Shown here: positions 9,497-17,846 of the stretch, in pieces
Numbering within the stretch: position 1 is the stretch's first letter
Layout of the letters: every line of letters begins with the position of its first letter
Assembly (NCBI GenBank): GCA_964650385.1
Contig: CAZYTP010000002.1
Location: 5,302-69,301 of the forward strand
Direction: 5' to 3'
From: an uncultured Syntrophales bacterium
Lineage (GTDB): Bacteria; Desulfobacterota; Syntrophia; Syntrophales; JADFWA01
Length of the DNA: 64,000 bases
The notes under the pieces: model-generated
The model's input: the letters and a program-made list of their open reading frames with translations, nothing else
The model's database searches: none
What the model was told of the DNA's origin: nothing
Program-made: the position numbers and the translations under genes

Positions 9497-11011
9497 ATGG
9501 GAAGTTCATTATTTGCCGGCATTTCGGGTCTGGCATCCAGTGGCAAGCAGCTGGACGTCATTGGTAACAATATAGCCAATGTCAATACGACCGGGTTCAG
9601 GTCCGGGAAAATACATTTTGGCGATATTTTAAGTCAAAGCATAACGGGTGGAGCGGCATCCGGTATGCAGGTCGGCCGTGGTGTGGAGGTAACAAGTATA
9701 AGTACGCAATTTGCTCCGGGGTCATTCGAGACAACGTCAAATGCCACTGATCTTGCGATTGACGGCGACGGTTTTTTTACAGTTAAAGATGCCGATGGCG
9801 GATCGTATTACACCAGGGCCGGTGCATTTCATCTGGATAATCAGGGTAATATGGTTGATGTCAATGCTTATAAAGTGCAGGGGTATAACCTTACCGCAAG
9901 CGATCCAGATACGATAACAGACATTTGTCTTCAAAACATTCAGTCCTCTCCCACCACCACAACGGCAATTTCTATCGGTGCAAACCTTGATTCTGCAACG
10001 GCAACCGGTGGAACCTTTAACGCATCCCAGACGGCCTACGATTCTCTTGGTGCCGTCCATTCAGTCAAATTGACTTTTCAAAAGACGGAAGGAGTAGGAT
10101 ACTGGGGCTTCAAGAGTTATCTGGATAACACTGCCGCTACGACGCAGGCCTATTCGGGTCTTAAATTTGACACGGACGGCGCTCTTGCGTATGTGTACAG
10201 TGCTACTAATGTTACTACTGACACTTCCGCGGCCGGTACTGCTACGGAAGTTGTCAACGACGAGGGGCAGTTATATCAGGATGGAGTGGTTACCATGACA
10301 AGCGTCGCTGATGGGGCCAGCTGGACGATAGCAAGTCCACAGTATACGAATGCGACAGTTACAAGGGTAAGCGCCACCTCACTGACAGTAGATCTTGACG
10401 GTGCCGGCGGTGCAGATATCACCGTTACACTTGATGCTGGTCCCTGGCTGACAGGTGAAACCGTTATATGCACCATTGATCAGACGGAAGGGGCACCTGC
10501 TGACGTCAACCTGACGATGCCCGCCATTGCCGATGCGACCATCGGAACCGCAGGTGTGGTGTCATGGGATCTTGCCGGTACGACAGCGGAGACGTTAACG
10601 GGATATGCAAGTACATCCGTGGTGAAGACTCTGGTTCATGACGGATATTCCTCGGGTGTGTTGAAAAGCATTTCGGTGGTAGCGGATGGCACAATCAGCG
10701 GTTTTTTTACCAACGGTCAGACGTCCGATATCGCCCAGCTTATTCTGAATGACTTTCCCAATACGGCGGGTCTGAAACGAATGGGGAAGAATCTTTTCGG
10801 TACAACCGTAACATCGGGGGATGCCATCCCGAATAGGCCCGGGTCCGCAGGTATGGGCGAGATCAGCCCGAACTCGCTTGAGATGTCAAATACGGATATC
10901 GCGACGGAATTCATCAATATGATTACAGCGCAAAGGGCCTATCAGGCCAGCGCAAAGATTGTTACCGTAACCGATCAGATGATGGCCGAGTTGATGAACA
11001 TCAAGAGGTAA
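9497..11011 (+). CDS. flgE: Flagellar hook protein FlgE
   Basis: 504 aa. N-terminus SLFAGISGLASSGKQLDVIGNNIANVNTTGF and C-terminus SNTDIATEFINMITAQRAYQASAKIVTVTDQMMAELMNIKR. There is a large T/A/G-rich central insert. Confidence 0.9.
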   Translation: MGSSLFAGISGLASSGKQLDVIGNNIANVNTTGFRSGKIHFGDILSQSITGGAASGMQVGRGVEVTSISTQFAPGSFETTSNATDLAIDGDGFFTVKDADGGSYYTRAGAFHLDNQGNMVDVNAYKVQGYNLTASDPDTITDICLQNIQSSPTTTTAISIGANLDSATATGGTFNASQTAYDSLGAVHSVKLTFQKTEGVGYWGFKSYLDNTAATTQAYSGLKFDTDGALAYVYSATNVTTDTSAAGTATEVVNDEGQLYQDGVVTMTSVADGASWTIASPQYTNATVTRVSATSLTVDLDGAGGADITVTLDAGPWLTGETVICTIDQTEGAPADVNLTMPAIADATIGTAGVVSWDLAGTTAETLTGYASTSVVKTLVHDGYSSGVLKSISVVADGTISGFFTNGQTSDIAQLILNDFPNTAGLKRMGKNLFGTTVTSGDAIPNRPGSAGMGEISPNSLEMSNTDIATEFINMITAQRAYQASAKIVTVTDQMMAELMNIKR

Positions 11012-11056
11012 GACAGAAATCTAAAGTGATGGCCTTGTGAAAAGTAAATTCCCAGG

Positions 11057-11137
11057 GGCATTGCGAGAAACTGAGCGGCGAAGCAATCTCTTATAAATAT
11101 AACGAGACAGAGATTGCTTCGCTTTACTCATAATGAC
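11057..11137. repeat. Two-tier palindromic repeat, family B, copy 1 (after flgE)
   Basis: GCATTGCGAG...GAAGCAATCT-(AT-rich loop)-AGATTGCTTCG...TAATGAC. This has the same arm architecture as 18660-18744, 19975-20051 and 45373-45454. Confidence 0.8.
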
Positions 11138-11190
11138 ACTATATATAGCATGTAATGTCTCGTATCATTCCATTATCTCTTCCAAATTGA

Positions 11191-11206
11191 TGTCAATTTA
11201 CTGACA
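11191..11206 (+). promoter_or_regulatory. Inverted repeat TGTCA-N6-TGACA, candidate upstream activator site
   Basis: TGTCAATTTACTGACA lies about 150 nt upstream of the sigma-54 promoter at 11346, and a third TGTCA follows 4 nt downstream. The distance is typical for bacterial enhancer-binding-protein sites. Confidence 0.25.
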
Positions 11207-11345
11207 TGTTGTCAAAAAAGTACTTGTAAAATTCGTAAATAAAGACACAAAACCGACTATCAAGATCATACCAATACTCTGCCGAATCAATTCCACAATG
11301 CCGGAATCATTCATTATTCAGGGATACCATGAACTGATATCCTTT

Positions 11346-11361
11346 TGGTACGGTATTTGCT
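11346..11361 (+). promoter_or_regulatory. Sigma-54 (-24/-12) promoter upstream of motA
   Basis: TGGTACGGTATTTGCT has GG-N10-GC spacing and a TTGC -12 element. It lies 100 nt upstream of the motA ATG. Confidence 0.6.
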
Positions 11362-11460
11362 CTCCTAATGAGAAATGCCATGTATTACAGATGTTATGTT
11401 GAAGCAATCATCTTGTTTTACATGCGATATTGAGAAAACAATGAAATGTCAGGAACATAG

Positions 11461-12222
11461 ATGGATCTTGCAACGATTATAGGAATTGTAAGTGGTTTTG
11501 GTCTCGTTATTGTAGCTATGAGTCTGGGCGGAGGTCTGATGTGGTTCGTCAATGTACCGTCCGCGTTAATTGTCCTCGGGGGGACGATAGGAGCTGTTTT
11601 TATCAATTATCCGATTGCGGATGTTCTTGGTGTCGTAAAAGTTGCAAAAAACGTGTTCTTTCAAAAGCAAGAGTCAGCGTCCCAGATAATAGAACAGTTG
11701 CTGGATATGGCCCGAATAGCCAGACGTGAAGGTATACTGGCGTTAGAAAAGAAAGAAGATGAAGTAGAAAACGAATTCTTGCTGAAGGGAGTCAGGCTTA
11801 TGATTGATGGCATGGAGCCGACTGTACTTTCAAGTATTCTTCAAACTGAACTTGATTATCTGTCGGAACGGCACAGAGCCGGGGCGGAGATATTTTCAAG
11901 CATGGGGAATTTTGCACCCGCAATGGGAATGATGGGAACGTTAATAGGGCTTGTAAAGATGCTCATGCAGATGGATGACCCCAGTTCCATTGGTCCGGCT
12001 ATGGCTGTTGCACTTATAACGACGTTTTACGGGGTTATTTTGGCAAATCTGATTTTTCTGCCGATTGCGGGTAAATTGAAGGCACGAAGCGCAAGTGAAG
12101 TGTTGGTCAAGGAATTGATAATTTATGGAATATTATCCGTTCAATCAGGCGATAACCCCAGAGTATTAGAGGAAAAGCTTAATTCATTTTTGCCGCCGGG
12201 AGAGAGAAAAATATTCGATTAA
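11461..12222 (+). CDS. motA: Flagellar stator protein MotA
   Basis: 253 aa, four TM segments. GMMGTLIGLVKML and AVALITTFYGVILANLIFLPIAGKL are MotA/ExbB-family signatures. Confidence 0.9.
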   Translation: MDLATIIGIVSGFGLVIVAMSLGGGLMWFVNVPSALIVLGGTIGAVFINYPIADVLGVVKVAKNVFFQKQESASQIIEQLLDMARIARREGILALEKKEDEVENEFLLKGVRLMIDGMEPTVLSSILQTELDYLSERHRAGAEIFSSMGNFAPAMGMMGTLIGLVKMLMQMDDPSSIGPAMAVALITTFYGVILANLIFLPIAGKLKARSASEVLVKELIIYGILSVQSGDNPRVLEEKLNSFLPPGERKIFD

Positions 12223-13161
12223 ATGGAGAAGAATCGTAAAAAAGGTGGAGGGGGTGGGGTCCCATCATCAGGCGGCTGGGAGATGGTTTTCTGTTCTCTA
12301 TCGCTGATTTTAGTCGCATTATTTGCTTTGCTGGTATCCTATTCGAGCGTTGAAAAAAAAGAACTGGTTGATTTTCTTAAAGGCTTTGGCGGTTCGTACA
12401 AAAAAGGAGAAGAAAGAGGAGAGGATTTTAAGGGTGGCCGCAAAATAAACTTAACAGAGCAAGACTTTTATACCGGAGGCATTAAACCGAGTGCAAGTGG
12501 AACGGGAGGAGCGTTACATCGCGCATCTCGGGGTGTTCCACAGGGCGATGAAAGGATGATGTTAGGCAAAAATAAGCTGGGGAAAAGCGAAGGTTATGTC
12601 AAAACCGGGGATGATGAAATCGGGTTAGATGATGATATATACGGAAGTGCCGGTGGGATATTGAACATGCCCGAGGATGGTATTGCAAAATCAATGAAAC
12701 GTTTTAAGGCAGCTTTTAAAGGAGAAGTTTTGGAAGGTAAAGTTGACATAGAGAGAACCCCGAAAGGGTTTAAGGCCACACTTGGAAGCGGCGTTCTGTT
12801 CCCGTCAGGAGTGGCGACATTTGCCAAGACTGCATATCATCCCCTCGACAGGATAGTGGAAATTATGAAAACGGGCCCTTATCATTTGAGAATTGAAGGG
12901 CATACAGATAACGTTCCTATTAATACCGGCAAATTTCCTTCCAATTGGGAATTATCAACAGCACGGGCGATTAATGTGCTGCGGTATTTTTTGGATATGG
13001 GCAAAATTTCTTCCGGGAAGGTCACTGCCGTCGGATATAGCGAGTACCACCCTGTTGCCACAAATAAGACGCCGGAAGGCAGGACTAAAAACCGTCGGGT
13101 GGAATTTTACTTTGAGTTGCACAAAGAGAAAAATGTGTTGAATGAGGGGCTGCCGGGTTGA
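12223..13161 (+). CDS. MotB-like protein (paralogue 1): single TM plus OmpA-type peptidoglycan-binding domain, lacking the channel Asp
   Basis: 312 aa. The TM is GGWEMVFCSLSLILVALFALLVS, with Ser25 where MotB proteins carry the conserved Asp. A Gly/Lys-rich linker follows. The C-terminus LRIEGHTDNVPINTGKFPSNWELSTARAINVLRYF...NRRVEFYF is OmpA/MotB-type. Confidence 0.75.
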   Translation: MEKNRKKGGGGGVPSSGGWEMVFCSLSLILVALFALLVSYSSVEKKELVDFLKGFGGSYKKGEERGEDFKGGRKINLTEQDFYTGGIKPSASGTGGALHRASRGVPQGDERMMLGKNKLGKSEGYVKTGDDEIGLDDDIYGSAGGILNMPEDGIAKSMKRFKAAFKGEVLEGKVDIERTPKGFKATLGSGVLFPSGVATFAKTAYHPLDRIVEIMKTGPYHLRIEGHTDNVPINTGKFPSNWELSTARAINVLRYFLDMGKISSGKVTAVGYSEYHPVATNKTPEGRTKNRRVEFYFELHKEKNVLNEGLPG

Positions 13162-13841
13162 GGAAAAAGAGGCATAATACAGAAGAAGAGGGAGGAGCAA
13201 AATGGCTGACAACGTTCAATGACCTGGTGACGCTTCTTCTTACATTTTTTGTTCTGGTTCTTTCTGTGTCGAAAATAGATGCCTCAAAGGTTCAGGAAGT
13301 GGTCAAATCCATGAGAGAAACCGCAGGTATGATAGAAGTAGGAGATTTAGAACCTGTACAAATTTTTATTCCCTTTGTTAGACCAAAATTCGGTTTGATT
13401 AAAGCAGGGGAAAAAAAGAGAACAAAACTTGCAAATGATATTGACCGAATATCCGGGATAGATGCAAAGGCAATAGAAGAAGGAGTCTTGATTACTCTCG
13501 GAGAAAAAATACTCTTTGAAACGGGGAAAGCACAATTTAAAAGCAACAATATGGCAATTGATTCTCTCGGTTCTATTATTCTTGAGTTGGATTGTCCCGT
13601 AAGGGTAGAGGGGCATACAGATAACATCCCAATTCACAACGAACAATTTGTGTCTAATTGGGAACTGTCGATGGCTCGCGCTGTGGCTGTAGTTAAGTAT
13701 CTGATTTCAGAGTGCGGCATTGCTCCTGAAAAACTTTCTGCTACGGGGTATGCCGATTCGCGATCCAAGGTACCAAATAATGCGGATCATAACCGTGAAC
13801 TGAACAGGAGAGTGGAAATAATTTTGTCGATGCAAGATTGA
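13158..13841 (+). CDS. motB: Flagellar stator protein MotB (paralogue 2, canonical)
   Basis: 227 aa. WLTTFNDLVTLLLTFFVLVLS contains the conserved TM Asp. The C-terminus VRVEGHTDNIPIHNEQFVSNWELSMARAVAVVKYL...NRRVEIIL is OmpA-like. There is a 4-nt overlap with the upstream gene. Confidence 0.85.
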   Translation: MRKKRHNTEEEGGAKWLTTFNDLVTLLLTFFVLVLSVSKIDASKVQEVVKSMRETAGMIEVGDLEPVQIFIPFVRPKFGLIKAGEKKRTKLANDIDRISGIDAKAIEEGVLITLGEKILFETGKAQFKSNNMAIDSLGSIILELDCPVRVEGHTDNIPIHNEQFVSNWELSMARAVAVVKYLISECGIAPEKLSATGYADSRSKVPNNADHNRELNRRVEIILSMQD

Positions 13842-13852
13842 GGAGGAAAGAT

Positions 13853-14359
13853 ATGGCCAGGGAAGATAAGGAGAACAAAGAAGAAAATGTCGAAGAAGTT
13901 AAAGAGGAAAAAGGGGGAAGCAAGAAGAAATTTCTTAAATGGATCATTATAGGAACGGTCATACTAGTTGTTGTGGTCGCAGGTTTTGCAGGATGGAAGT
14001 ACTTTCAGAAATCCTCGGCGAGTAAAGAAAAGACGAAGCAAGAGTCAATGGTACAGATCGGTGGTATCTGGGATCTGGGGTCTTTGATTGTAAATCTGAT
14101 GGATGGCAGCGGAGAAAGGTATTTGAAGGTTACCGTTAAGGTGGAAACGACCACCAAAGAATGTTCATCGGAACTGAACACGCTGAAGCCGAAAATTTTA
14201 AACGATATGCTGGATCTTCTATCTTCCAAGAAATATAAGGATGTCGTGGGCTATGATGGAAAGCAGCAGTTAAGGGAGGAAATAATGTTACGTTTAAACA
14301 ATTATTTAAGCATGGGTAGAGTCAAACAGGTATATTTTACGGAATTTGTTATTCAGTAA
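13853..14359 (+). CDS. fliL: Flagellar basal-body-associated protein FliL
   Basis: Start at ATG 13853, preceded by GAGGAGGA. One TM (WIIIGTVILVVVVAGFAGW), then the FliL domain (LIVNLMDGSGERYLKVTVKVE...LREEIMLRLNNYL...VKQVYFTEFVIQ). Confidence 0.8.
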   Translation: MAREDKENKEENVEEVKEEKGGSKKKFLKWIIIGTVILVVVVAGFAGWKYFQKSSASKEKTKQESMVQIGGIWDLGSLIVNLMDGSGERYLKVTVKVETTTKECSSELNTLKPKILNDMLDLLSSKKYKDVVGYDGKQQLREEIMLRLNNYLSMGRVKQVYFTEFVIQ

Positions 14360-14634
14360 TGTGAAGCCCCCCGCCCACAGAGACTGTGTCGCAATTCCTT
14401 TTTTTGTCATTTCGACCGAAGGGAGAAATCTTTATGACTAATAATATTGACGCGTTAAGATTCCTCACATCCGTTCGGAATGACATTTTCTCCTATTGCG
14501 ACACAGTCTCACAGGGCGGGGCTGCTTCCCGGTAAGGAATCGCACAGATAGTGAGCTGTTGCGAACAATATATTTTCATATTGCGCCCCCTTACCCCGCC
14601 TGCAAGGCTGGGCTTGCGGGATGCGCTCCCGGTC
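14360..14634. repeat. Composite nested palindromic repeat block (fliL/fliM spacer)
   Basis: 14505-14634 is the reverse complement of the 17391-17526 element. Its terminal hairpin arms (14360-14394 and 14494-14528) are split by a divergent family-B palindrome (14406-14484: GTCATTTCGACCGAAGGGAGAAATCT...AGATTCCTCACATCCGTTCGGAATGAC). Confidence 0.8.
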
Positions 14635-14678
14635 AAGCGAAACGGTACATAATTTCTGAAAACAGGGAGGTAATAAAG

Positions 14679-15689
14679 TTGTCGCAGATATTGTCGCAGG
14701 ATGAGGTGGATGCCCTCTTAAAGGGGTTGTCCGACGGTGATGTAGAGACGGGGCAGGAAGATAGTGTTACTGCGCAGCTTCATGAAGTTGAGGTGTACGA
14801 TTTTGCCAGTCCGAAGACAATCGTAAGGGGTAGAATGCCGGCTCTTGATGCCATCAATGAAAACTTTGCCCGAATGTTCAGAAAAACCCTGTCATCCACA
14901 TTGCGGAGAATCGTCGGTATCAGCACAGTATCCTCCAATTTCGTGAAGTTCAGTGAATTCTTAAAGACTCTCCCTGTTCCCTCAAGTCAGCATATTTTCA
15001 AAATGCCTCCCCTCAAGGGAGACATGCTCTTTGTTGTTGATTCAAAATTGATATTCTTATTAGTTGACTGTATTTTCGGAGGCAGCGGGCGAGAGGTGTT
15101 TAAAGTCGAAGGGAGAGATTTTACATCCATCGAAACCAACCTTATTAAAAAGATTATATTGAGCGCTCTTTCGGATCTTGAAGGTGCCTGGAAAACGATT
15201 GTGGATGCAAACGCCGTGTATCAAAGATCCGAGATAAATCCTCAATTTTCTCAGATCGTGGGCCAGTCTGAAGTTGTTGCCGTTGTGAAATATGAGGTCG
15301 TATTGGATTACTCTTCGGGAATGATCACGGTGTGTATACCGTACGCCTCGCTGGAACAGGTACGGGACAAGTTGAAAGGCAGATATCATGCTGATGAGCT
15401 TGAAGAAGAGGACAAGGAGTGGACGAACAAGTTCAGGAGAGGGCTACAGCAGTCTTCAGTGGAGATGATTGTTGAGTTGGGAAAAACGGAATTGACGGGA
15501 CTTGAAGTTATAACCATGAAAAGAGGGGATGTAATTCCGCTCGATCAGTATATCGATGGCAGTTTAGACGTCTATATTGAAAATGAATTGAAATTTACAG
15601 GACATCCCGGTTTTTACAGGGGAAATCGGGCAATAAGAATATCAGAAATTTTAATGAATAAAAATGAAGAGGTTAAACACAATGAGTGA
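14679..15689 (+). CDS. fliM: Flagellar motor switch protein FliM
   Basis: Start moved to TTG 14679, preceded by GGAGG, which gives (M)SQILSQDEVDALLKG, the canonical FliM N-terminal CheY-P-binding motif. The ORF-track extension 14496-14678 is translated repeat DNA. Confidence 0.9.
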   Translation: MSQILSQDEVDALLKGLSDGDVETGQEDSVTAQLHEVEVYDFASPKTIVRGRMPALDAINENFARMFRKTLSSTLRRIVGISTVSSNFVKFSEFLKTLPVPSSQHIFKMPPLKGDMLFVVDSKLIFLLVDCIFGGSGREVFKVEGRDFTSIETNLIKKIILSALSDLEGAWKTIVDANAVYQRSEINPQFSQIVGQSEVVAVVKYEVVLDYSSGMITVCIPYASLEQVRDKLKGRYHADELEEEDKEWTNKFRRGLQQSSVEMIVELGKTELTGLEVITMKRGDVIPLDQYIDGSLDVYIENELKFTGHPGFYRGNRAIRISEILMNKNEEVKHNE

Positions 15690-16188
15690 GAATGAACAAA
15701 ATGATGAGGGTGTAAAGAACGGCGAGGACATCAGCGCCAATGGCAAGAAAGATGAAGTGGAGGCTTCAAGTCAGAATGAATCGCCCAAAGAGGATGTAAA
15801 AAGTGACGAAGATATCAGCTGGGATGATGTGAAAGATGAACTGGAGACCCCTGCAATGTCATCGCAAAAGCAGGAGGTCAGCAGTGTTAATTTCCAGGAA
15901 TTGGAAATGGGCGGTTCGGTGAGTCCCGAGCTTGATCTTGGCTTTATTCTGGATTTGCCTCTTACATTGACGGCTGAACTCGGGAGAACCCAGTTGTTAA
16001 TCGGAGAGCTTCTACAGCTTGGGCATGGGTCCGTTGTCGAATTGGCAAAACTGACCGGGGAACCCATGGATATCTTCGTGAACAGCAGGCTTATTGCAAG
16101 GGGTGAAGTCGTCATGGTTAATGATAAATATGGAGTTCGGTTGACTGATGTAGTTTCACCCGCAGAACGAGTAACCAAGTTACGATAA
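15682..16188 (+). CDS. fliN: Flagellar motor switch protein FliN
   Basis: An acidic N-terminal region, then the SpoA/FliN domain (LDLPLTLTAELGRTQLLIGELLQLGHGSVVELAKLTGEPMDIFVNSRLIARGEVVMVNDKYGVRLTDV). ATG 15682 is preferred; 15664 is an alternative. Confidence 0.9.
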   Translation: MSENEQNDEGVKNGEDISANGKKDEVEASSQNESPKEDVKSDEDISWDDVKDELETPAMSSQKQEVSSVNFQELEMGGSVSPELDLGFILDLPLTLTAELGRTQLLIGELLQLGHGSVVELAKLTGEPMDIFVNSRLIARGEVVMVNDKYGVRLTDVVSPAERVTKLR

Positions 16189-16200
16189 GGGTAACAAAAC

Positions 16201-16617
16201 GTGGAAACGATGAATTCAATGGAATTATTTCCTTTCATGGTAAAAATTTTTTCATCTCTTGCTATTGTTATCGGCGTGATGATTGTGTGTATTTATCTTA
16301 TGAGAAAGATCATGAAAAAGGCGGAGGGCACAAGTGACGGAAGGGAATTGATCAGAATCCTGTCAACAAGATCTGTTGCGCCCAAGAGCAGTATCATGCT
16401 GGTAGAGGTGTTGGATAAAACGCTGGTTATCGGCCTTTCAAGTAATAATATGTTTCTCCTTACGAGCATTGAAGATCAGTTGTCTCTCGAAAGAGTAAAA
16501 CAAATTCAGGGGTGGACGCAAGGGCCGCACCATTTTTCCGGGCATTTAGCCCATTACAAGGCGCGCCTGTTTTCGTTATGTCGTCCGGTCGAGAAAAGTG
16601 GTGAAAAAAATGCATAG
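16201..16617 (+). CDS. fliO: Flagellar biosynthesis protein FliO
   Basis: 138 aa with a single TM (IFSSLAIVIGVMIVCIYLM), then IRILSTRSVAPKSSIMLVEVLDKTLVIGLS, typical of FliO. It lies directly before fliP. Confidence 0.65.
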   Translation: METMNSMELFPFMVKIFSSLAIVIGVMIVCIYLMRKIMKKAEGTSDGRELIRILSTRSVAPKSSIMLVEVLDKTLVIGLSSNNMFLLTSIEDQLSLERVKQIQGWTQGPHHFSGHLAHYKARLFSLCRPVEKSGEKNA

Positions 16618-17392
16618 GCTTCCGGATTTGAAGCCGCACATGTTCATTATATGCCTGGGCCTTATTGCCGTGGCATGTTTGATAATTTCGTCTTCAGTAT
16701 GGGCTCAATCTTTCCCCCTTCCTTCTGTTAATTTGAGTTTTGCTGATGGTGAAAATACTCAAGGCCAAGTTGCGACCGTACTTCAGTTGCTCTTCATGCT
16801 TACGGTACTCTCTCTTGCTCCGGCCGTATTAATTATGGTGACCTCATTCACAAGGATAGCGGTTGTTCTCTCACTTCTCAGGCACGCTCTCGGCACACAA
16901 CAGGTTCCGGCAAATCAAATAATCATCGGACTTTCTTTGTTCCTGACGTTTTTTATCATGACGCCGGTATGGGATCAGATAAATAGCCAGGCGTTGCAAC
17001 CATATATGAATGAGAAAATAACTCATCAAGAGGCTCTGGATACGACTGCCCTGGCAATGAAGGGATTTATGATAAAACAGACGAGGGAAAAAGATCTGGC
17101 GCTTTTTCTTAAAATTTCCCGGGGAAAGAAGCCAAGTAATCCCGATGATATTCATCTTCCCGTTTTGATACCGGCATTTGTCATAAGCGAGTTGAAAACG
17201 GCTTTTCAAATCGGTTTTATGATCTACATACCCTTTTTGATACTCGATATGGTTGTCGCGAGTGTTCTTCTGTCAATGGGAATGTTAATGCTTCCACCGA
17301 TTATGGTGAGCTTGCCCTTCAAGCTTCTACTGTTTGTACTGGTAGACGGATGGTATTTGATAGTTGGTTCGCTGGTTCAGAGTTTTTCATGA
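16598..17392 (+). CDS. fliP: Flagellar export gate protein FliP
   Basis: FTRIAVVLSLLRHALGTQQVPANQIIIGLSLFLTFFIMTPV and the C-terminus MVSLPFKLLLFVLVDGW are FliP hallmarks. A signal-like N-terminus is present. Confidence 0.95.
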   Translation: MVKKMHRLPDLKPHMFIICLGLIAVACLIISSSVWAQSFPLPSVNLSFADGENTQGQVATVLQLLFMLTVLSLAPAVLIMVTSFTRIAVVLSLLRHALGTQQVPANQIIIGLSLFLTFFIMTPVWDQINSQALQPYMNEKITHQEALDTTALAMKGFMIKQTREKDLALFLKISRGKKPSNPDDIHLPVLIPAFVISELKTAFQIGFMIYIPFLILDMVVASVLLSMGMLMLPPIMVSLPFKLLLFVLVDGWYLIVGSLVQSFS

Positions 17393-17526
17393 CCGGGAGC
17401 GCACCCGTAAGACCCGCCTTATAGGCGGGTTAAGGGGCGCAATATAAAATAACCATATTGTTCGCGACAGCTCACTATCTACGATTCCTTACCGGGAAGC
17501 CCCGCCCTGTGGGCTGGGGGCTTCAC
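17391..17526. repeat. Composite family-A repeat (fliP/fliQ spacer)
   Basis: GACCGGGAGCGCACCCGTAAGACCCGCCTTATAGGCGGGTTAAGG...CCGGGAAGCCCCGCCCTGTGGGCTGGGGGCTTCACA contains two GC-rich hairpins. An inverted homologue lies at 14505-14634. Confidence 0.85.
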
Positions 17527-17552
17527 AAAATACGATTATGAAAAGGTGGCAT

Positions 17553-17822
17553 ATGTCTGTTGATCTGGTTGTGGGAATAGCAAATGAAGCTATAGAAGTG
17601 ACGCTCCTGCTTGCCGCTCCTATGCTTGGCATAGGACTTATTGTTGGTCTTGTTGTAAGTATCTTCCAGGCGGTGACTCAGGTTCAGGAAATGACGCTTA
17701 CGTTTGTTCCCAAGATAATTGCGGTCATGCTAGCCCTTATAGTCGCGCTTCCATGGATGATCAGTCTCATGGTTACATACACACAAAACCTCTTTATCTC
17801 TATCCCGACGTATATAAGATAG
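17553..17822 (+). CDS. fliQ: Flagellar export gate protein FliQ
   Basis: Start at ATG 17553 gives an 89-aa protein (MSVDLVVGIANEAIEVTLLLAAPMLGIGLIVGLVVSIFQAVTQVQEMTLTFVPKI), the canonical FliQ length and sequence. Confidence 0.9.
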   Translation: MSVDLVVGIANEAIEVTLLLAAPMLGIGLIVGLVVSIFQAVTQVQEMTLTFVPKIIAVMLALIVALPWMISLMVTYTQNLFISIPTYIR

Positions 17823-17846
17823 GGGAAGGATAATCGCTGATATCCA

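Noticed and set aside
14496-14678. 61-codon N-terminal extension of fliM in the ORF track.
   Set aside because: The extension is repeat sequence. TTG 14679 behind GGAGG yields the canonical FliM N-terminus (M)SQILSQDEVDALL.
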